A DNA stretch of 63,557 nt, filler included, from Octopus bimaculoides (Eukaryota): NCBI RefSeq assembly GCF_001194135.2. It is 4 parts of 4 records of this genome, joined end to end, with 100 filler letters (N's around TTAATTAATTAA, not from the genome) between each part and the next. Parts side by side here need not be neighbours in the genome. Positions count along the whole stretch, not along the records: positions 1 to 30,199 come from NC_068999.1; 3 more parts are not named here. One strand, 5' to 3'. Every line of letters begins with the position of its first letter. The first letter of the stretch is position 1. Made by a program: the position numbers and the translations under genes. Shown piece after piece: positions 1 to 11,580 of the stretch. The notes beneath the pieces are model-generated. The model was given only the letters and a program-made list of their open reading frames with translations. It searched no databases and was not told the DNA's origin.

Positions 1-44
<44 letters not shown>

Positions 45-139
45 TATATTATTTATATATATATCTACATACATGCATACATACACACACGCGCGCGCGC
101 ACACATAGTATTAAGCTCTGTGTGTGTGTGTGTGTGTGT
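1..139. repeat. (AT)n, (CA)n/(CG)n and (TG)n microsatellites
   Basis: Directly visible dinucleotide runs. Confidence 0.95.
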
Positions 140-547
140 TTGTGTGAATAGACATAACGTATATGCACACAAACATATCCTGAGAATGCTCTATAATTAT
201 TTTGGGAACGGATCTTGAATATAAACAAAGAATTTAACTGTGATATTAGGTGATTTAATAAGCAACGGGATAAGTGCTGTGGAAGAGTCTCTCCAATTAT
301 ATAATATCCCTGACAGTTGTTGCACAAGTACCGAACGTAAAATCACCTGAGAGGTATTTGAATGTCTGTTAGGTACAAAAAACTCGCGTCAAACTGTTCG
401 AAAAAAATAACAAAACAAAAACGCCCGTTAATCTGTTCAAAAGGACAACGAACACTAAACTTAATGTGGCAGACTAGCTAGCTGTTGCATGCCCAACACT
501 CGTACCTAAGAAGCAAAAGCTGGAGCTGTGAGTGATGCCAGAGAGAC

Positions 548-1067
548 AAAAGAATATTTCAGTAGACATCTGAAGATATGGAAATTAGAACTATCTGCAT
601 TCGATAAAACTATATTCCACAATGCTTTCGCAGCGCCAGTGCTGCTACTAACAATGTGATACTAGATTGGATACTTCACAACATGGGGCATCCGGACTAG
701 GACGATACTAATCACCATTAGTAACTTTGACGTCAATAGTGACAGAATTTAGAGACTAAACGGTATTTAAGTGCCACATCGTATTACTCAGACAACATCT
801 ACTGATCAGAGTAAAGAGAAAGCAATACATCTTACGCGTACTCAACAGTAAAAATAATAGCATCATGAGTTTAGGTGAAGGATTCATGAACACGTATGAA
901 AGTTTTATGTGAACGAAGGGTGATTGGTCTAACCTACTTAAAAACTTGGAGATGAAAAACTGATCATATCAGCAGAAACTTATACATAGGTAGATATCTA
1001 GTAAGCTTACAGAATACTTACAGAATACCAACAATAGATAAATAGATAGATAGATAGATCGATAGCT

Positions 1068-1132
<65 letters not shown>

Positions 1133-1720
1133 GGGAGTAACCGCTCTTGGACCTTTGACAGATACGTTATATTTCATATAGAAGGCTATGTCTTTGTTAT
1201 CCAAGAACTGGAGAGAGCTACAAAATAACCTGATTAACAAAAGAGCTCTAAAACCTCGACACCGTAACAGAAAATGTCGACTGTGCTATAGCAATGTGGA
1301 ACACATCAGCCACATGATGAGTAGCTGTCCCAAAATGTCGCAGGGAACTAACTTTCCAAGAGTCATGGCATTGTTAAAAAAACTATTTTAAACATTATCT
1401 GCAGGAAGGGTTGTCCTGTTACAGAGAAATCTCACCAGGACCGGAATGTATCCAGATCTTTAAAAATAAAGAATGCTGGTCGAACATTTTAATAAAAATA
1501 GAAATTCCTTGCAAACACAATTGGCCTGATATTCTTCAATGGGACAGGAAACCAAATCATGCACTGTTTTAGAGGTCACCAGCTTGTTTCATCTAGGACT
1601 AAGGGAAAGGAGAACATCTATGGTAAAATAGTGAAAATCTTATAGCTGTTCATTTATAACCATTTTTATAAATGCACCGGCAAATTATCAACAGGTTTGC
1701 ATAAAAGCCGAGCAATCCTG
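548..1720 (+). mobile_element. Decayed R4/Dong-type (RLE) non-LTR retrotransposon, 3' part (post-RT region, CCHC finger, restriction-like endonuclease)
   Basis: + strand reads KEYFSRHLKIWKLELSAFDKTIFHNAFAAPVL (548+), CRLCYSNVEHISHMMSSCPKM (ORF 1188-1391, CCHC finger) and PCKHNWPDILQWDR (~1508, PD-(D/E)xK start). Many stops and frameshifts; interrupted by (GATA)n/(GA)n at ~1035-1130. Confidence 0.75.
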
Positions 1721-1884
1721 TGGTTCTCCAAGAAAGAACAAAGCAAACTGACTTGCGTTTTTCCAATACGATTAATTGTACAGTGAAAATTTGTAAATCA
1801 TTCCGGAAATTTTCCATGTGTAGTTCTTGGAATGAACATATAAGCACAATTTCATTGCATATAGCTTACATACCCATACGTATA

Positions 1885-2202
1885 TACTAGGGTGGGCTGA
1901 AAAGTTCATAGGCTGACTATGAAGGAGTGATGCTAGAGCTGTGAAATGTTGCATGCGTTAATTACAACTCCTCTCATTAATAACTGCATTGCTTCTTTTC
2001 AAGTAAACTAACATCTGACTGTTCAAAGATTTCAAAAAGTAACTCGGAGCGACTTCTCTTGAAAACGGACAAAATTTGGCATCGTAGTGTTATCAAGTAC
2101 CTGCAGGAAAAGGGTTTAGCCCCCAAAGACATTCATGCTGACATAGTTGCTACTTTAGGGGATGATGCTCAAGCTTTATCGACAGTGCAAAAGGGGGCAT
2201 AA
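1885..2202 (+). mobile_element. Mariner transposon 5' fragment (TIR plus N-terminal HTH)
   Basis: TA followed by TIR-like ctagggtgggctgaaaagttc; from 2065 (ACG, decayed ATG) DKIWHRSVIKYLQEKGLAPKDIHADIVATLGDDAQALSTVQK, matching the mariner transposase N-terminus. Truncated. Confidence 0.8.
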
Positions 2203-2597
2203 AAAGTAATGAAATACTTACCTACAAAAGAGACATGAACACTTATAACATGAGTGAGAGTTCATGTAGCCACGCACCTACATATATGCACAGATTAATT
2301 AATTCAGATCTTCACAAAACCTAAGAACTATTTTCATCCAAACAAGCGAACATTTCTTTGAAACATGCATTATTTCGAAGCTTTTATAAATGTCAAAGGA
2401 AAACATTCATACAGATACATACTTACAAATACACACAGATATAAAACATGCATTTAAGCATGCATAGATACACGCATATGCATTTATATCTTTGTATACA
2501 TACCTACAAATTTACGTACATACATACATAATACATACATACATGCATACATGCATACATACATACATACATACATACATACATACTAATACTAATA

Positions 2598-3060
2598 GCT
2601 CCCACTTTGAAGGGTATGCGTTTGCAATCCAGGAACAGGAAATATCAACCAAATATCTGATGCACAAAAGGGATACAGATGCAGGAAAAGCAGTAAAATG
2701 TGACAATCGATGCAGACTTCGTGGAGTTAACACCGAAGATATCACCCTCATCATACTCAGTTGTCCGAAAATGTCATTACGGTATTATTTACCGATAAGA
2801 CATGATACTGTAGCCAGGACACTCTATCATGATATCCGTCGGAATGATAACCCCGAGGACAAAGAAATACAGTACAAAGAACCTACAGTATAGTAGAAGC
2901 TATAGCCACTCATAATAAAAAGGAGTACTGGTGAAATGCCTCAGCGAAAACCTTAATAAAATGTAGGTACAAAAACCAGAATGAAAAAGGCTAATTCGAA
3001 GGCTACAGATCCAAACCATCACTGGAACTGTAAAAATCTGTAAAACTTTCCAGAAGTTTA
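2598..3060 (+). mobile_element. Decayed R4/Dong-type RLE retrotransposon 3' fragment
   Basis: ORF 2492-2893 contains FEGYAFAIQEQEISTKYL...CDNRCRLRGVNTEDITLIILSCPKMSLRYYLPIRHDTVARTLY (degenerate CCHC plus RHD motif); C-terminal LQIQTITGTVKICKTFQKF ends ~3060. Confidence 0.8.
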
Positions 3061-3330
3061 TCATTTAAATATATATGAGCATGTCTAGACATGCAACTAT
3101 ATGATTGAGAATAGATACATAAAACAAAACATACAAATCTGCACATATACCTACTTACCTACCTGCCTACATACATACATATATACAAGAATCACCTGTT
3201 GTTGATATTGAAATTCCAGTGAAGGAGCCTTGGATCTAGGTTAGAAACCGGCTCTTTCTCCATTGGCAAGAAATCTTGAAATAAAACTGAATAATGACAT
3301 ACATACGCATATATACGTACGAACATACAT

Positions 3331-3373
<43 letters not shown>

Positions 3374-3469
3374 TAATACATACATACACACATACATACA
3401 TACACACATACATACATGCATACATACATATATACATACATAACCGCATAAATATCCAATCCTACTCGC

Positions 3470-3600
3470 AAATCATAAGTCAATTCAAGGCTATCACAGA
3501 AAACATTTGTCCAAAGTACCACGTGGTGAGATCGAACCAGAAACCACATGAACAAGCTCTAAAGTATTTAAACACAACAATGCCTACGCCCACATTGGGC
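3470..3600 (-). mobile_element. Degenerate tRNA-derived SINE head (family A)
   Basis: Aligns by eye to the better copies at 36640-36780 and 39821-39960. Confidence 0.5.
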
Positions 3601-4209
3601 GGCTACAATGTTATCTTACAACACACACACACACACACTGAAATTCGCAACATTACACGCCCAAAATATTTTGTGAAAATAAGCCCATCCTTTCTCTTTT
3701 ACATACATACATACATACATACATACGTGCATATGTATACACACACACATACACTCACACACACACCCTCCCTCTCTCTCACACACACACACTCTCTCTC
3801 TCACACACACACACACAGACATGTTTCTGCTGAAAGAAACTTGTTTTAACTTGTCTAGATTCTCTCTCTTTCTTTCATTCTCTCACTCTGTGTGTATGTA
3901 TGTGTGTCTGTATATGTGTGTATATGTGTGAGTGCGATTAGTTTTCTATACAGCTTCGGGCATTTGTTTAATGTGCATGTGTCTGATATGAGAATGTGTA
4001 CAAGCACAAAGATATTTATATACAAATACGAACACAAATGGATCTATCGATAGCAAGTAATCTCTCTCTCCCACTCACTCCCCCTCTCTCTCTATACATA
4101 CACACATGCACGCATGCACACATTCCCCACTCTTCATATATGGATATGTATATATACGTACATACATAATACATACATATATATATACACACACATATAC
4201 ATACATACA

Positions 4210-4244
<35 letters not shown>

Positions 4245-5093
4245 NNNNNNNNNNNNNNNNNNNNNNNNNNNNNNNNNNNNNNNNNNNNNNNNNNNNNNNN
4301 NNNNNNNNNNNNNNNNNNNNNNNNNNNNNNNNNNNNNNNNNNNNNNNNNNNNNNNNNNNNNNNNNNNNNNNNNNNNNNNNNNNNNNNNNNNNNNNNNNNN
4401 NNNNNNNNNNNNNNNNNNNNNNNNNNNNNNNNNNNNNNNNNNNNNNNNNNNNNNNNNNNNNNNNNNNNNNNNNNNNNNNNNNNNNNNNNNNNNNNNNNNN
4501 NNNNNNNNNNNNNNNNNNNNNNNNNNNNNNNNNNNNNNNNNNNNNNNNNNNNNNNNNNNNNNNNNNNNNNNNNNNNNNNNNNNNNNNNNNNNNNNNNNNN
4601 NNNNNNNNNNNNNNNNNNNNNNNNNNNNNNNNNNNNNNNNNNNNNNNNNNNNNNNNNNNNNNNNNNNNNNNNNNNNNNNNNNNNNNNNNNNNNNNNNNNN
4701 NNNNNNNNNNNNNNNNNNNNNNNNNNNNNNNNNNNNNNNNNNNNNNNNNNNNNNNNNNNNNNNNNNNNNNNNNNNNNNNNNNNNNNNNNNNNNNNNNNNN
4801 NNNNNNNNNNNNNNNNNNNNNNNNNNNNNNNNNNNNNNNNNNNNNNNNNNNNNNNNNNNNNNNNNNNNNNNNNNNNNNNNNNNNNNNNNNNNNNNNNNNN
4901 NNNNNNNNNNNNNNNNNNNNNNNNNNNNNNNNNNNNNNNNNNNNNNNNNNNNNNNNNNNNNNNNNNNNNNNNNNNNNNNNNNNNNNNNNNNNNNNNNNNN
5001 NNNNNNNNNNNNNNNNNNNNNNNNNNNNNNNNNNNNNNNNNNNNNNNNNNNNNNNNNNNNNNNNNNNNNNNNNNNNNNNNNNNNNNNNNNNNN

Positions 5094-6133
5094 GTGAAGT
5101 ATCGAAAAAAACGCAATGATCACCAGAAAGGAGTTGCAAGAAGATTTGTTAGCTTCAGGGACTAGTGTTACACTATGAACAATCAACAATGAACTTCATA
5201 GGAATGAACTGAAGTCATGCTCTCCTAGAAAAACTCCACTGTTGACTAAAAGGCATAGAGATGCCCGTATAAAATTTGTTTATGAATGAACATAAAGATA
5301 AATCTGATACATTCTGGGAAAATGTTCTTTGGACAGACGAGTCAAAAATTGAATTGTTTGGACGATATTCGCGTAGCTATGTTTGGAGGAAAGATGGTAC
5401 CACCTATTCGCCGAAAAACACAATTCCTACCGTAAAGTTTGGAGGTGGCAACATCATGGTGTGGGGGTGTTTCTCTGCAAATGGCACTGGCAATTTACGT
5501 GTGATAGATGGTAGAATGAATGCAGAAATGTACCGAAATATTTTGAACAATAATTTATGGGACTCTGTAGAAAAGCTCCAGCTTTGTGAAGGGTGGGTTT
5601 TACAACAGGATAATGACCCTAAGCACACAGTGAAGTCTACCAAAAAATGGATTGTTGATCACAATATAAAATTATTAGAAGAGCCAAGCCAGTCACCTGA
5701 CTTGAACCCCATTGAAAATTTGTGGTGTTATTTGAAAATTAAAACTCATTCAAGAGCCCCAATGTGCATTCCAGATTTGAAGAAAATTTGTCAAGAAGAA
5801 TGGGAAAAAATTCCTAAAGAAACATGCGAGTCATTGATTAAGAACTACAAGAAGAGATTGGTTGAAGTGAAACTGAATAATGGTTATGTTACGAAGTATT
5901 AAATCAAAATTATCAGTTATTTATGTTCTGTACGAATACTTTTTTCACCCCTAAATATTTATATTTGTATATAAATTCATTAGTTACTATAATTTATTAG
6001 TTTCTTTTGCATATTCTTAGTTTATGTATGTGTATCCAAATATGGTATTGGTATATCCCATTTATGTTCATTAGAAATTAAATAAATAATGAATTTTGAC
6101 ATGTACGAATATTTATTCCCCCCTCCCCCACTG
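5094..6133 (+). mobile_element. Tc1-like DD34E transposon, 3' two-thirds with right TIR (5' part in N gap)
   Basis: ORF 5276-5902: WTDESKIELFG...QQDNDPKH...SQSPDLNPIENLW with 34 residues between the second D and E. Upstream frame RKTPLLTKRHRDARIKF joins by a frameshift near 5280; in-frame stop near 5180. Ends CACTG-TA at 6129-6135. Confidence 0.92.
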
Positions 6134-6164
6134 TACGTATGTGTTTACATGTTAAATAAAATGA

Positions 6165-6560
6165 GACAACAAAACCTTGTGTGGAATTTATAGGACATTT
6201 ATGAAAAGAACAAAATATGAACTCCTATCAGAATCTACATACCATAGACAAAAAACATTTCTACCCATTCTACACAGCTCATTCCTTGGATAATGGAACT
6301 GCAACTGTAGCATCCTACATATATTTTTACTTTCATTTTTGTTATTATTCTCTTATTTCCCTTTATACTTCATATATCCAATCTTTTCCAAAATAATTCC
6401 TTTATATTGAACTATTTCCCTCTAGTATCGTCTCACGTATCGTCTCTGATGAAGGGATATCCCTACTACCCCAGAAACAGCTGTAAGACTACCTTTCTCT
6501 TTATAAATGCCCTATAAATTCCACACACCCTTGGTTTTGTTGTCCCATTTTATTTAACAT
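6165..6560 (+). mobile_element. Probable Penelope-like element terminal repeat (pLTR) fragment
   Basis: Carries a minimal hammerhead motif typical of Penelope-like elements; no ORF evidence; boundaries uncertain. Confidence 0.45.
6442..6489 (+). ncRNA. Minimal type I hammerhead ribozyme motif (possibly degenerate)
   Basis: GTCT-CTGATGA-[stem II]-GAAA-C-AGCT-G-TA-AGAC: stem I GTCT/AGAC, intact core, palindromic stem III ACAGCTGT, GUA cleavage triplet. The stem II closing pair is an A-A mismatch. Confidence 0.65.
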
Positions 6561-6859
6561 ATAAATGCTCGCACAAGACCAGTTTTAATTTTGAAAATTA
6601 TATTATTACCTAAATAGTATCATGTGTAAATGATATATTTGAAATTTATCCTAGTGATAATTTTATCAAAGCTAATTAACCTTAACTTTAAAATTTGGCT
6701 TTGTTTAGTGAGAAGGATGAAACTACTTTTTTCTTCTTTTTCTTCTGTTTTTTTGAAAGTTTAGGAATATCACGTCTTTAAAGAAACCACTATTCTTAGT
6801 TCATCATTCAAGTTTTCGTTGGTAAGTCTAGTAAGAAGACGATTTTTTTGCATAATTCA

Positions 6860-8460
6860 ATTTGGGAAAAGACTGCTCGCATTGATAAGTTGTCGAAAAT
6901 TGAGATACAGATTTCAAGGCATTTTTATGTAAGGCAGGAAATTTCTCAGGAATAAAGACAGATTACTATTTTCCGATTTTATTAAGCTATCCGACTGCAA
7001 ATCAATTAATTCTACTTGTAAGGAGTCCGGAGCCTCCTCAGGACACATATCAAAAAGTGCTTCAAAAACACGTAGTTCGATTTTATCTTGTATTTCTTCA
7101 AATACACTCGTCAGAATATTCGTCACACTCGTCAGAATATTTGTCACACTCGTCAGAATATTCCTTTGTTGATTCGGGATTTTGTTCGCTCAGTTTCGGA
7201 AAATGTGTTCACTTTCTTTTCAATTGTGTGACAAATAAATGAAGCATTGATTCAAAGCCTTTGATATGAGAAAGCAAACTGGTTATTAGCTGATTGGAGC
7301 CTTGTAGTTTCAAGTTTAAATTATTTAAACGACTAGTTATATCTACTAAAAATACTAAATCACTTTGAAATTTTTTATCTGCCAGTTCTACCACAGGAAC
7401 ACCTTTAATATCCATAAAAATTTTCACTTCTTCCTTCAGTTCATAGAATCGTTTGAGCATTTGGGCTTAACCACTTAACTTCACAATGGTACAATAAATC
7501 CCCATATTCAGCTTCAAGATCTTTAAATTCCCTATTATTTAACCCTTTGCCTTTTATTAAATTAATGGCCTTAGTTACAACTTTCGTTACATTGACCATC
7601 TTGAGAGTTTTTGCACATAAATGTCCCATATGAACAAAGCAGTAACACACAATTAAAGTTTCGGGATCCAAAAGACGCTTCTTAAATTCATTCTTAATCA
7701 GAGCTACGAACCCTTTTTCACGACCTACCATAGATGGAATGCCATCTGTAGCAGGACCACTCAGTTTTGCATATGGTAACTCAAAATTTTTCATGGTTGA
7801 GTTGACCATTTGAAATAAATCTTCATCTCTAGTTATTCCATGCGTTGAATTCAAGGCAAGAAATTCTTTTCAAATGTTGAATTTTGCAGTTATTGCACGT
7901 ATAAATATTGCGATTTTGAGCAGTGTTAAACAGACCAGTTGTCTCATCAATAGCTAATAAATACAATACGAATTCTGTTGAATCAGATTTTAGAGAATTT
8001 TGAATGTCATCAGCAATATCTTCAATACGATCAGAAAAAGTTCTTCTTGATAAGTTAATATTTCCAAACAAATTAAGTTTTTCTGAGCATATATTCTCAA
8101 CAACAGTAAGGATAAGGATACATTCTTTCACGAATTCACCATCGCTATGTGGTTTGAGGTTTTTAGCAATATTTTCGTATACCGCATAACTAGCTCGAGT
8201 AACTGAATAACTTTCAAGAAAGTTTGTCTTTTGGTCAGATTTTCTTTCAGGGAGACTGTCTTGTCAAAACGTTCAGATTCTTTAAAATTTTCATAGGTCT
8301 TATGCTTACTCACAAAATGCCTCTCTATATTATATTTTTTATGAACGGCTACTTGTTCGTTGCAAATAAAACAAATGCACTTGTCTATTTCAATAAAAAA
8401 ATAAAGCTCAGTTCATTTTTCATCAAACAAAACACGTTCACCAGCACATCTATTTATATT
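6860..8460 (-). mobile_element. Decayed hAT transposase (Charlie/Buster, GTF2IRD2/EPM2AIP1-like group)
   Basis: Minus strand: BED finger CFICNEQVAVHKKYNIERHFVSKH (~8300-8390), NINLSRRTFSDRIEDIADD...LAIDETT, ATDGIPSMVG...CYCFVH...LLYHCEVKWLS, LKRFYELKEEV...LNNLNLKLQG, LQVELIDLQSD; split over 4-5 frames. Confidence 0.88.
7104..7162. repeat. 21-bp tandem triplication inside the hAT ORF
   Basis: acactcgtcagaatatt at 7104, 7125 and 7146. Confidence 0.9.
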
Positions 8461-9948
8461 ACCACTTTCAGAATTTTTGTTATTACCGCTGCCTAGGAAA
8501 AACAAAAGCCAATTGGCTCGTAGTCGTAATGTATGCATTTAGTGTTGTAAAAATAGTAAAAATAAAAATCTGCAAAAAATTACGATATTGTTTGGTTCGG
8601 CAAAGTTTAACTTGATTTTTGGCTCTCTCCCTTGTCCACGCAGGTGAGTGAATAGGGAAGGGCGATAACTGATAAGCCGATGGCAGATGAAAATAATTCC
8701 TGTTAACCTTCTTGACACCGACTGATAGCAAAAATGCGATACCACTTTCAAAAAACGTAATTTTCACTGCTTTTTCAGAAAAAATAAGTTGGTAGTATTT
8801 TTATATAATCCTGTTCACTAAGCACCAAATTAGTAATTTCTGTTTCGATGAATCTTTACAAATATGCTTTTGATTTTTGATAGCTTTTAAAATATTTTTG
8901 CTTATCGATTGATAGAAAGAGAGTGAATGTTGATTTCAGAGACCTTTTTTCGTAAAAACCGTGAAGAATGAAATAGGGAGGAAAATTTAAATACTTGGAG
9001 TTCTTAGATATGAATAATTTTTGCACTGTATCTTCTACAACCTTTCAGCTATCGTTTCATATAAAAATTATTTCGATACATGCAATATATTGCTAGTTTT
9101 CACAGCCAAAGTATAGTTGAGTCTCAAGAGGGTGGTACAAACCTAGCAATATGTGTTTTATAGTGAAAACAAATTTTCCATTCAAATGGTAGTTAGCGGA
9201 GTCTGACCATTTGAAGTCGTAGTGGAAACCCGACCTATGTTGCAAATAGGTATACGAGTATTGTATAAATTTTATAATTGAAAAGTTTGCTTTATTTTGT
9301 ACATACGGGTGTAGCAGAGCTTCATATTACGTAGTAATATGTGAGTCGATCTGCACAGTAGCCTTGTTCTGAGACACTAGCCTCGTTCTGCGCTACACTG
9401 TAGAAACCAACAGTTCCTGCCAAGCTCCGGTCAAAGACACATGCCTTCTCTACAGCTCCACGCACAAACTCCCACGTGCGACTCACGTGTCTATTCACCT
9501 TGACACAAGATATATGGCTCGTAAACGAAGATATTTTATCACACGCACTTTCTCAAAATGACTGTTGTCATTACACACATGCATACATACTGTAATACAA
9601 ATATTATATGTTTCTTCTTTCAGTGCAAAAGCAAAATTCAAAACTTTCTTTGTATGTTAACACATGTTTTTGTATCATACTACATGCTTCCACCACAAAA
9701 GGTGAACACAGAATAAACAATATATTTATACACAAAAATGTCTTATCATGATTCATACTAACTGAGCAGCTGTCAAAGTTTACCATATACCATACTACAA
9801 AGTTGTAGTAAGGTAGTAAGACGACCTAATATATATACATATCATTATATTTCGGGATGGTCACTGTTTTTGCCAAATTAACACAAGCACTATATATTCG
9901 TTCTTCATTCGTTTATTATTATTCTTATTTTATCTTATGCCCAATGTT

Positions 9949-10071
9949 TGGAAATCGTTCGTCACACATCTGTGACCTCTTCAGTCCGTGAATGGATTAG
10001 GCGGAGCAGGAGACACACGTGGTCGGAAAGGGTCGTTGAAAAGGTCACAGAAGTGTGACGAAAGATTTCCA
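9949..10071. repeat. 35-bp inverted repeat with 53-nt spacer
   Basis: Arms 9949-9983 and 10037-10071, 32/35 complementary. Confidence 0.85.
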
Positions 10072-11580
10072 GACGATGGGCATGAGATAAAATAAGAACA
10101 ATAATAAACGAGTGAAGAACGAATATAGAGTGCGTGTGTTTATTTGGCAAAAAGAAAAAAGATGGCCATCCCGGAATATAACAATATCTGTTTCAACACA
10201 CGATTTCACATCAGGAATCTTGCAAAACAAATTCATAAACGTATGTGTGCACACACACACACACACACACACACACNNNNNNNNNNNNNNNNNNNNNNNN
10301 NNNNNNNNNNNNNNNNNNNNNNNNNNNNNNNNNNNNNNNNNNNNNNNNNNNNNNNNNNNNNNNNNNNNNNNNNNNNNNNNNNNNNNNNNNNNNNNNNNNN
10401 NNNNNNNNNNNNNNNNNNTATATATACTTATGTTTAAATAGGTTGCTTCGTAGATATGAATAAAATATTATGCAACCATATATCGTCCTTTAAACTAAGA
10501 ACATCATTAGCCACGAAGGTTCGTGAACTCAGACACAAGAATATCGAATTCAATATAAAATAGGATATAATTAGGGTGGTAAAACCATACGCAAACAACA
10601 GATACGGGTGCAGACTATGCTGTATGGAAATGTATGAAATATTAAAGCATGAGAATAGTGAAAATTTAATTAATAGTAAATTGGATCTTCATCTTTCATG
10701 TGTTCATAAAGTAACCCACACTTTTAAATATTTTGATATTACCTAACTTCTCAATTTAGGTTTTAGCCAATGTACTACACCCATAGACTTCCTAATCTTT
10801 CAGATGTAGGCCTGTACAGTCTAAAGACTGCATGGTCATCCAGCGAGATTTTTTTCTATTTGCCTAGTTTCTACTCCTAACGAATCTATATACCTTGAAT
10901 CTATTATAGGTGTTGTATGTGATACTGAAGGAACACATTATCTAATCATGTTAACCTCGATGGAGAAGTTATTTTATCCTATCGGATCTAATCATATATT
11001 ATCTAACCATACATTTTAATTACCTATTTACCGTCAGTTACCTATTTACCGTCAGTTACCTATAAATCAAACTAGGAATGCAACTAATCGATAGCTACAC
11101 ATCCAATAACTTATAAACGATACTGATCTGGCATATCCTTCTCTCTTCTCTGTAATATGTGATATATATTAGATAATTTTTGCTTTACCCTCTGAACTCT
11201 ATAATTTGAATAACAGGTAGTACGCTAATACCACGACCTATTTTCCTTACCCTTTTTATAATACCTCGTTTTAGGTATTGTTGTGGAAGGATACTGACCA
11301 CCCCCACTTAACTGAAAGTTGACTAACGCATTTCAATAAAATAAAGAAACTGTGTGAACTGTCGGTAGCTTTTTTTGTCGGTTTTGAATCATTTTGATCT
11401 CGGTTAGACGTAAGTCGTATTGTTATATATTTGATGAAGGTCTCCCGTAAGGGTGAACCTACGCTGTAAATTGTTGAATTGCTAAATATTGTTACTGTTT
11501 TTGCCTACGGGCTAGTGTTTCTCGTGATTGTCTTCTTTCCCATTTTTGGGTGAAGTGGAAAAAAAGGAATAGATTGTTAA

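Noticed and set aside
4016-5189. Long ORFs of 300+ aa (also those spanning gaps at 10.2, 15.8, 33.7, 36.4 and 53.3 kb)
   Set aside because: Made of N runs and microsatellite translations.
6860-8460. Host GTF2IRD2/EPM2AIP1-like gene
   Set aside because: Multiple stops and frameshifts; the similarity reflects hAT transposase ancestry.
11431-11470. TTGATGA plus hairpin plus ACGCTGTA, hammerhead-like
   Set aside because: Lacks C3 and the GAAA core.
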